NCBI GenBank assembly: GCA_008369845.1
Contig: MRSU01005723.1
Coordinates: forward strand, 1 to 32,823
Origin: Trichomonas gallinae
Lineage: Eukaryota
Direction of reading: 5' to 3'
Length of the DNA: 32,823 bases
Under the pieces are notes generated by a model, which was not told the DNA's origin, ran no database searches, and saw nothing but the letters and a program-made list of their open reading frames with translations. The position numbers and the translations under genes were made by a program. Below, piece by piece: positions 9,148-19,300 of this stretch; positions within the stretch are counted from its first letter, which is position 1; each line of letters opens with the position of its first letter.

Positions 9148-10506
9148 ATGATAGAAGAACCAGATTTTCAAGTTAACCGAGATGAAGTCGCACAAGACAA
9201 CACTGACAACGAGAGATCAAGCAGCCGACAGTCAAATGCCTCGAATGAAGGAAAGAGCCAAAAATCTGAAAATAATTCTTCAAAATTAGAAGAAAGTTCT
9301 GCGATTGAGAGCTCAAACAATTCATCTACATTGCAAATGCCTCGAATTAAGGAGACAATCCAAAATAAAATCATTCGACCGAATTCTCCGTTATACTCCT
9401 CATCTCGCCGTAGTCAGAAATTTGGTTCTGAAAGTGGCCGCTCTTCGAGTGCTTGCACTGATTACTCTTCGTCGTCCAGAAATGAGCCGCGAAAACAAAA
9501 CGCACAGACTTCTCCACTATCAATGCGTTCAACAGATAGTAGCTCATCGAAAGATGAGAGAGTAGTTGCATACAAACAACTCATAGAAAACCATAAAAAA
9601 CCTCCGATTCAGCTTGCAGCCCCTGTACAACAAATGTTGCATCGCTCATTTGTCAAAGCGCTTAAAAATCAAGATTATAACGAAGGAATCAAGATTAGCA
9701 ATGCTATTAAAATCAATAGCGCGCTAATGGAAGAAGACTATATGAATCAACTTCTTCAATCAAGAAATGATACATATAAAGCTCGCTTGGATGCGGCTCA
9801 AAGCAAGCTAGATCAGAAGAGGAAGGAGTGGGATGAACTTATCCAGCAATTTCATGCTGAACATAACCAGCTACGCGAAGCATTAAACGTTAAACATCAA
9901 GAAGACGAAATAGAGTTCGAAAGACAGTGGAGTGATGCATCTAACTTAAAGGAATTCAATAAACCATCGCCAGGATTGATAGGAATACGAAGAATACAGA
10001 AAGAACTCGCTATGACTGGCGAATTCGAAGATGCACTTCAAGTAAAACAGATCGCAGATGGAATTAAAGAGAGGGAAACTGAAGACGCTGAACAAAGGGC
10101 CCTTGTCGCAATGTTAACAGCACATGATAGGCTTGAAGAACAACACAAAAAAGAAATCTTATGTTTTGAAGAGAGACAGCGCAAGACCGAACTATACATC
10201 AACAGTGTACAATATAACGACATTCATCCACTTGAAATGCTCATAAAACAACTCCAAAATCATCTAAATGCATCAAAACCACCAAATATGGCACCAATAA
10301 AACCAAAATTTGTGTCCACTGCGCGTGCACGATCAGCTGTTTGCGAAAGTTTTACACTTCCACCAAAAGATAAAAAAACCACTCTCGAGATGAATGATTT
10401 TCGCTTCAATAATGAACCGGAAAGACTCGAGCTCAATGGATTTGATGTTAGAAAGCTAATGAAACGACCGAAATCTACAATGAAAGCATGCATAAGAAGA
10501 AAGTGA
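9148..10506 (+). CDS. Coiled-coil hypothetical protein (452 aa) with a Ser-rich disordered N-terminus and UVR-like motifs
   Basis: The first ~135 aa are Ser-rich, followed by coiled coil. Motifs ALKNQDYNEG and KPSPGLIGIRRIQKELAMTGEFEDA. Confidence 0.88.
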   Translation: MIEEPDFQVNRDEVAQDNTDNERSSSRQSNASNEGKSQKSENNSSKLEESSAIESSNNSSTLQMPRIKETIQNKIIRPNSPLYSSSRRSQKFGSESGRSSSACTDYSSSSRNEPRKQNAQTSPLSMRSTDSSSSKDERVVAYKQLIENHKKPPIQLAAPVQQMLHRSFVKALKNQDYNEGIKISNAIKINSALMEEDYMNQLLQSRNDTYKARLDAAQSKLDQKRKEWDELIQQFHAEHNQLREALNVKHQEDEIEFERQWSDASNLKEFNKPSPGLIGIRRIQKELAMTGEFEDALQVKQIADGIKERETEDAEQRALVAMLTAHDRLEEQHKKEILCFEERQRKTELYINSVQYNDIHPLEMLIKQLQNHLNASKPPNMAPIKPKFVSTARARSAVCESFTLPPKDKKTTLEMNDFRFNNEPERLELNGFDVRKLMKRPKSTMKACIRRK

Positions 10507-11397
10507 TCAAGCATTTCGAACAATTTACATATCGATGATATCATCGCCCCATACGTATAATATTGGCGCGATCAAAGTTTACCCTTACGCTGATCGAAAG
10601 CGATTTAATTCATTCGGGTCTGATAACCAAATTAAGATAACATCCATACTGCATGTGACCTATAATACAGTTTTCTACCACCAAACATATACATTGCACC
10701 TGTATTTTATTATATTTCGATATTATGTCTACCTTTTCTTTCGGTTTTTTGATTAATCATATTATTATACTAGTTGTATCTGTTATAAATGTTATGTTAA
10801 AATTCTGTTTTAGTCGAAATAATTTGCCGAAATTTTTCGAGTTCATCATATTCTCATTTTAATACGATATCATTTCTGTTTCACGGTCGTATACATAAAT
10901 GATGATACGAGCACGCGAGACTAAACCTTTATATAAAATTGTCATAAGTAAAAATTAATAAACGTCATGGACAATTTCAAGAAATGGCGATTTCGCATTC
11001 CCATCATAAACCCCGAGCAGAGGAATTAACATATTTTTACTTTCAAGAGGAAATATGTAAAATCTTTGTTTGATTTTTGAATCGAAACCATGATGTAAGA
11101 AAATTTCAATGGTAAAGAAAAATGATTTTACAGAATTCTCGTATTTTCCTCTTGACGATGTAGTTCTCTAAAGATATATTAATTATTTTTGAGACTTTTG
11201 ATTTAACGTCCAAAATCAATTCAATTGTATAAAATATAATAGAAATTTCGATAAATATACACAATGAGCTGCATCGAATGCGATATAATTTGTTTACTCT
11301 CAGAAAATAAAATTCGATGATCACTTAGAAAATTAAGAGAGATAATAAAATCATGAAAAATATGGATAGAATATACTTTAAATAACAATACAAACAA

Positions 11398-12282
11398 TTA
11401 AATACCGAAAAATTCGCAGAGATAAGGAAAAATTGAAACCATAGGGCCATGCTCGCTGAAAGACAGAACAAGAGAGTCATATATCTCCTTCTGGCAGGTT
11501 GGTGCATTAGTACGATGGATTTTCTCCATTAAATCCTGAATGAGATTATAAATTGACTGTGCAATCTCATAGGATGTGTACTTTAAGGAGTTAGATGACA
11601 TCATGAATGAGTAAATGGCAGCTTTGCACAAGCCATTTATTTTGAAATTACGTTCTGGAGTATTTTCAGACATCAAATTCGGCAGCATGAGGTCTAAATA
11701 GGAGTATGGTGTAATACTCTTCATTTGGAAGTTCAGTTTGGTCAGAATAGCCAGCTCCGATCTTATAATTCTAGTCTCGGTCACATGACTTATGTAGTTA
11801 GGAATGAGCTGACAAAAGTCCGTAACATCCTCTTCTTCCAGTTTGGATGCAATGAACAGGCATGTGGCTGCATATGTATTGTACTCTTCGTCTGGAATCT
11901 GTGAATTCAATAATAGTCGGTCAAATAATTTTGTAGCAAGAGCAAAAGTATGATGCGACAGATGCAAGTCTTGAGTAATAGAGAACATCCAGTATACAAT
12001 TTCATCTCTATTTTCAAGATTGAAGCTCGTTTTTAATTGTGAAAATGGTATCCTCTTGGAATATTGGAGTCCTTCCATCCTCATGTGTTCGTTGACAATA
12101 CTGTGTGTGTAATTAGCAGGAAATTTTGGTAGATAGTGTGTATCCGTTTGAGGATCAAATACAAGTTCTTTTGGTTTAAATGCGTTTTCTATGCCGTCAT
12201 CGCACTCGCTGCAGTAGTCGCTTTCATCAAGCCATTTGCTTTGATTTAGGTCGCACGCCATAGCTTGAGAGATTGATAACAT
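11398..12282 (-). CDS. Cyclin (N-terminal cyclin box) protein (294 aa)
   Basis: Cyclin-box motifs NRDEIVYWMF…TFALATKLFDRLL…AATCLFIASKLEE…SELAILTKLNF…TPYSYL. Confidence 0.93.
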   Translation of the reverse strand: MLSISQAMACDLNQSKWLDESDYCSECDDGIENAFKPKELVFDPQTDTHYLPKFPANYTHSIVNEHMRMEGLQYSKRIPFSQLKTSFNLENRDEIVYWMFSITQDLHLSHHTFALATKLFDRLLLNSQIPDEEYNTYAATCLFIASKLEEEDVTDFCQLIPNYISHVTETRIIRSELAILTKLNFQMKSITPYSYLDLMLPNLMSENTPERNFKINGLCKAAIYSFMMSSNSLKYTSYEIAQSIYNLIQDLMEKIHRTNAPTCQKEIYDSLVLSFSEHGPMVSIFPYLCEFFGI

Positions 12283-13305
12283 TTAATTTTTGAAATTTCA
12301 CAAAAAATTCAATTTAATTTTATACTGGCTAAATATAAGATTGGCCTAACACATTGGCGTTTCCTAGGGCATTTTTTCTCGATTTCTTTGAGATTTTTTC
12401 AGATAGAACCGAAGTTGTCGATTCCTGGCATATCATATATGAGTTAAGCATGTAACTTCGAAATTGTCCTACATTGAATTTTGAATATTCAAAATTGAGC
12501 AAACAAGTAATTTTTCAAAGGCTGTAGAGCGTAATAAAAACTTATCATAGCATTACTTCTCTTTTCTTATTCATATTTTTAATAATTTTTTTTTCGGAAA
12601 ATTTTTTCAATCAATAAAGACGTTAATGTAAATTCTTGAATTCATCGAAACGAAAGTGGTCTAAAAAATGGTTTCCAGCACTGTAATGACGAGTACATTT
12701 GATATTTAAAGTTTTGCCGAAGTTATATGATAGATTTTAAAAAACCTGACTAATCATTCAAATTTTATCAATGGCACGAATAAACCTACAAATATTCATC
12801 CGAAATAATGTGAAATAATAAGGGTCATAATCAACAATGATAATTATCCGGTGCATCTCATAAAATCGAAGTGTTGCTGACTGTTTATTATTTCGATTTT
12901 TTTAAAAATCGAAACTGCCTCGAAAAAACATGACATATAGATAGCATTCATTCTCTATATATCAAATCTAAAGTCCCTTTTCATTGTGTGAATAATTTTA
13001 TGATCAATAATCGTCAAAATTTTAGATTGTCACTTTTATCGGTAAAATTTGGTTTTTTATTTTGATCGACAAGGTCATGTAATTCCATAATATATGTTAT
13101 TAATTATGGTTATAAATTACATTATCATTGAAATTATAGAAATTTCACAACTATTTTCAGTAAATTAATTCGATTTTTAGGGTTATTTTTATATTATATT
13201 AAAAATAGCTCGTGATTCACTACCTACTCGAACAAACTAAGACTTTTAGATTGGTGTTTGATCAAGATTACAAAGGAATAAGATTCGGTTGTAATGGGGA
13301 CACTG

Positions 13306-13310
13306 TCACT
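13306..13310 (+). promoter_or_regulatory. Initiator (Inr, TCACT) of the dynein gene
   Basis: TCACT plus a T-tract 21 nt upstream of ATG 13332, matching the trichomonad Inr TCA(Y)(T/A). Confidence 0.65.
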
Positions 13311-13331
13311 TTTTGCCCGTTTTCGTGTAAA

Positions 13332-16300
13332 ATGAGCTCCTCTGAGAACCCTGACATTCCAGACACAGAGCTCGTTGTTCCAAAGCTCTCCAAAACTGTT
13401 GGACGTGGCCACCATCCAGTTTTTACCAGCGCAAATGGAACAAAGAGTTTGTTCGCGACAAGATTATTTGATAATACGGCAGAAGAATATGAAATTGTTA
13501 AACCACTCAACGAGAAAGAAGAAATGTTATTACGCGCACAAAGTCCGGCCCTTTTGGCTTTCCGCAAGGGAACATCTCGTCCTGCAACAAAATCAACAGC
13601 AAGAACTACGATGAATCTGACTCCCAGCGCTGCTCAGATGATGCCATCACTCATTTCGAAGCGTCCTCTCTCGAATTTAAAGGAGCCTACGCTTGAAACA
13701 GAAGCAATTGAGAAAGAAAGAGAATTAGAAGAACAATCTATAGCTTTTAAAGAAGATCCAATTGCTTATTTCAGCAAAAGAAAGGACGGCCGTGGACATT
13801 TATTCATTTATATGATATATGTCGGTGACAAATCCGATCCAGCATTTAATCCTTACGAATTAAAGAAAGTTTCTTCCCAAGAAATCGGAAACGACTACTT
13901 CACGATGTCAGCGAGCGGAGTAACACACGTAATGCCGGACGGATCCACGGAAAACCTGACTTTAGACAGATGGTCCAAAGAAAGCTCGATTTTCATGGCA
14001 ATCAGGAAGCTGAGGACGTTCTCCAACTACTTCAGGTGGAAACCTTTCAGAATCTGGAAGAAATTCGTCATGCAACAAAGATTTGATCAAATAACGGATC
14101 GAGTAATACAACATTCTTTCTTCAATAACTACGCGTTTTATGAGGCAGCTATTCAGATACTAGAAGATACGTGCGACACGATTCTCAAAAAACACCTTTT
14201 ATGCTTTAATACGCAAAAAAATTATCCTTTGTCTACTTTCTTGGAGATTTCATCTGAAAACATTGAGGCTCTCAAGAGCGAGTTCTCGGAGTTCGTTGAA
14301 AAGGTTATTGCTCAGCTTGTTCAACTAGATGCTGATATTCGAGATCCAGCACGTGTAATTGTTGAAGATAGCGACTTCCCTGAGATCAAGCGTAGAAACC
14401 CTAATCTCGGGCAACTCATGGTGCTCGAGAGAAAGAAATATGCTGAGAGCAACCGAAGAAATGAAATTGTTAAGAAAGAAATTGGTGCTTTTGGCCACTT
14501 TGTACGTTTAGTTGATTACGTACTCTTAGAGCAACTCGCAAAGAGCTGCTACGAGTGCTGGATCATGGCAGATGAAAATGTTTCAACTGATCAATCATCA
14601 ATCTTCGAAATTCAAGTCTCTTTCAACAACGATGGCACTATATTATTCACACCATCAATCGACGAGTTCATTACAAAGCTCAAAAACCTGTTTTCAGGCG
14701 CACTTAAAACATTAAACGATTTACCAAGAGTTATTCGCGCAGGAGCAATAAGACAACACTTACGTGAAAGTTTGCCGGAGCTAAATTACATATTTGACGA
14801 CGGTCCTTCGTTTAAATCTTTCATCGAATGCAACGCTGAAATAGATCGCTTAAGTAACCACATTCTCGATGTCATCACAGAAGCATATCACGATGCCTAC
14901 GAAGTTTCGCAGCAGTTTAAGGATTATTTCCCGATTTATATGATTGGCGAGAAATGGTCGCCTAAAATCTATATTCATGAGCGCAGCACTGAAGAGAAAG
15001 AGATAAATCTCGCATTCGGAAATACTTCACCGTTTATTTTCAAACCAAACAAGGAATTGATTATTGATTTCCAGAAAATCAGAGACGATTACGAACAATT
15101 CAGGCAGGATGAAATCAAGATGAACCAATTCCGCTCATGCACACTTCGTGGAGCTCTATATGTCGATTCCAAGAATATGAAAAATCATCTCAGGCCAATT
15201 CCAGCTCGTGCAATTCTTGAAATGCAGAAGATGCTCCAGAACCTGGTACAGAACAAGGTAGACTACTTCCAGAGCATTTTCAACCATTGCCACAAATATC
15301 TTCGTTTTGATCCAACATCTTTAACAGATTTCGTCGATTTCTGCGAATTTTCAGACAAATGCGATGTTATAGAACCATTCCTTCAACCAGAAGTTAAATT
15401 CGTTGATCAATTATTAATTTTATTCGATGAATTTCACATTCACGTGCCGCAACTCGAAAAGAATCCACTGATTCCAGCATTCAACGTCTTCAAAGGCGAC
15501 CAGGCCATCGCGCAGCAGACAAAGAACATCCATTCAGCTGTTTACATCAACACATTAGAAAATCAAATTCGAATCCAGCTCGAGAAACTTACTCGCGTTC
15601 AAAACACAGTATCAGCCATTCCTGTCTCAATACAACAGTGCGACGTGGATATGTACATCCCGACAATACAGCAGATGAAATCAAAGATCACGAAGTACCA
15701 GCCGAGGGTTGTCAATCTTCAGCATTACCAGAAGATTCTCGGCGTCAACAAAAACGATTTTTCGATTTTCGGAGAAATCAAGCGCAAAGCAGAATTCGAT
15801 GCACAACTCTACGACTGCGTCGCTATGTGGAAGGGCGTCTCTAAGATCATCACTACAGTTCCTTTATCTAATGTAGACGTCCAGAAATTCAAAGAAGATT
15901 TGGAGACAATTGATCAAAATGTTCAACACATGAAAGAGAACTACAAAGATCCATGTGAATTACTCGCTGAACTCGATCAAGCTGAGAGTGCAATTGTACC
16001 ATACATAGAAGTAATTGAGCTGCTTTCCCAGGGAAGAATGCAGACACACCACTGGAATACTTTGTTCGAAAGCTGCGGCCGACAAAACGCTTATTACTCG
16101 CAAATCAAAATCGAAGAACTGATAACATTAGGAATTCTCCAGCAAAGAGAGAAAATCATACAAGTCACTTCTACATCCCAAGGCGAATCAAGACTTGAGC
16201 ACTCCTTCCAGGCGATCAATTCTCACTGGCAGGAAGTTCACATCCCTCTATTGGACCTGCAAGAGAAGAAAGACGACGAGTTGATGCTCGGAAATCTCGA

Positions 16301-19300
16301 CAGTTTGTTCGCGCAAATCGCTGACACTCAAGAGCAGCTCGATCAAATGCTCACTGTTCCTTTTGTACAAGGCATCAAGGATCACGTGTTAAGTTTGTCT
16401 TTCAAGCTCGAAAACATCGCGAAGATATTAGACGAGTGGCTTATTTTCCAGTCGAACTGGCCGCTGTTATTTAGACTTTTCAATAACGAAGACATTAAAA
16501 ACGTTCTACCTGCTTGCGTTCAAAAATTCCAGATTGTTCGTAAGAGGTGGCAGCTTATCATTAAACACACGCTCGAAGACACTTTCTTGTTCGTTGTCTG
16601 CGCGTTCCCTCAGTTATATGATATCTTGAAAGAAAACAACAACACATTACAATGGATTTTGTCTCAGGTCCACAAATATATAGACACGAAGCGCGCTTTG
16701 ATGCCAAGATTGTATTTCTTGTCGAACCAGGAAGTATTGTCCATGATAACAACGGACGATTTCCAGGTCTTCAATCAGACAATAGCGAAAATGTTCATGC
16801 ACATAAAGAACTTCGACTCAAACGTAATCGACGAGAAAGATACAAGCGACGGAACAATTTTGCCATTCAACGGAATTTTCTCGAAATTCAGACTGACTGG
16901 ATTAGTTGGTGATGACGGTGACACTCTTCCATTCACAAAACCGATCCAGTTGAGTGGAGATGTTGATGGGTGGGGTCCAAGGGTAATAGAGGCCATGCAG
17001 CTCTCAGTGAGAGACTCCATTGGCTCTTCTATTGCTAGATTCACTTCCAGCAGCATGAAAGATTGGATTCCAACAGTTTCAACACATATTGCGATTTTGA
17101 CTTTACAAGTTTCTTTCGCTAGAGAAATACAAGAATGTTTTAACAACACAGATAATCCAGCAAGAGCCTTTAGTGCCTACGAACAAGTTTTGCAGTCTAA
17201 AGTTCTTGAGATTTCATCAGTTATGAGTTCTCCACTTTCTTCTAGCGAGATTTTGAAGTTGTCAGCGATTGCGACATTTTTGAACTTCTTGATCAACCAA
17301 ATCGGCCCACTCGCAGAACAGTATCATTACTTCTCGCAGGAGCTCAACTGGAACTCGCACATGAGATTCAGATATCACAACCAGAACCAGACGATGTTCA
17401 TCGACATGGGCGATTCAACAGTTGAGCATGGCTACGAATTCTGGGGCTCATCTATACAATACATCTACACTCCAGCGTCAGAAAGAGTCTTGAACAACGC
17501 TGCGAATGCAATAATGCACAACAAGTTCCCAATGATTACTGGTGCTGAAGATGTCGGCAAGAAACACTTGATTGCTCAGCTCGCTAACAACTTCGGAAGA
17601 TTTATCTACTTCTTCCCTGCATTCCAAGACACTCCAACGCACATTTTGTCGAGGATTGTCACTGGTGCCGCTCTAACAGGCTGCTGGCTTTCATTCAACA
17701 ACATCGAGAAACTATCTCATCATAATCTTTCGTTTATCTACCAAATAATCCACTCAATGAACATGCTTCAAAACGCCGGCGGATCAAGAATCACGATCAA
17801 CGACAGAGTCATCGAGCTCCAGAAGTCTTGCAGGATATTGCTATCAGGAAACGCAGCATTCATGACAAGCGCATCAGTTCCACCTGAATTGAGAACAATC
17901 CTCAAACCAGTTGCTTTCGCGGCACCTGACTGTCTGCAGATCGCAAACATCAAGCTTGTTTCATCAGGCTTCAAGTTCACTAAGATTATCGCTGTCAAAT
18001 TATCTTCATGCATCAACGCAATCACGAGAACATTCTCTTACATCAAGAACAAGTCATTCATGTCATATGTTTTCGTCATTCTTGATCACGCGCACGATTT
18101 ACTCAGGCAGATGATGCACTCGAAATCAGCCTCATTTGTAAATTACTACGAAGAACCGAGACTCGCCGAAGAGTTTGTCGTTTCTCGCGCGATTTACTTG
18201 AGATTCATGTGCGCTGTCAAACTGAAACACAGAGATTTGCTCATGGACATGATATTCGCGAACTTCCACATCTTTGAAAATATTGAGACATTCAAGGACC
18301 ATATTCTCAAGCCACAGTGCTTCCACATCGAACAGGCAGCCGACGTCATCAGAGAAGTTGTCTCCAAGGAAATCAACAACATGGAAGACCAGCTCGATGT
18401 AGAATATATCATCAAACAAGTCATCAAATTATACGAAATGATGCTCAAATATCCTTGTGTTATCATCTGCGGCGGACCAAACAGCGGAAAGAGCTTAATC
18501 GTGCACATGCTCGAACTCGCTTTCTTGAAGCTCGCTCAAAACGCAGATATCATCAACAGATTCAGCGGAATTATGCCTGTCAAGATCTGCGATGTATTCC
18601 AGGAGAGCGAGAAGTACAAGATCATGTTCGGATCAGTCAAAGATGACCCAGAAGAAGGTCCGATACAGAACTACGGCCTCTTGAACACTTACGTTTCTCA
18701 GCTGAAGAAGTACGAGAAAACACATCATTGCATTTTGAGATTCAATGGCCCAATGTCTACGAATTTCGTTTCATATCTCCAGGAATTCTTCTCGACTTCT
18801 TTGTCGCACAAATGCAAGTTGAATACTTTGGACACATTATTGTTCGATCACAAATTCCACGTCATCGTTGAAACAGGAAATCTCGCAGCAATTTCTCCAT
18901 CATTTATCTCATGCTGCGGAATAATTCCTATGAAGTCTTTCATTACACCATCGATGATGTTCAACCAGGTTCCTCTTCCGACAGATATTGTTCTTTCATG
19001 TAGAGAATATCTATCGAAATTGTTCATTGAAGTTATTCCAAAAGTAACAGAATATATAACTTCAACGAACGCATGCATCGAAAACTTGAGAGATAACTTC
19101 AAGAAGTACATGATCAAAGATGCATTACCAAGAAAATCGTTGGAATACACAGCTTTGATTATCACAACACAGCAAGTTGACCAAAACAATGAAGATGCAA
19201 TCAAGGAAGCTTTCTTGCATTCAGTCTTCAAAGTTTTCTGCGGAATCATCACAGAACAAGCAACGAAAGACTTCGATGCTTGGATGATACACACATACGA

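Noticed and set aside
13212..13331. 40-aa N-terminal extension of the dynein in the ORF track
   Set aside because: It begins at GTG. An Inr lies inside it at 13306 and the first ATG is 13332.
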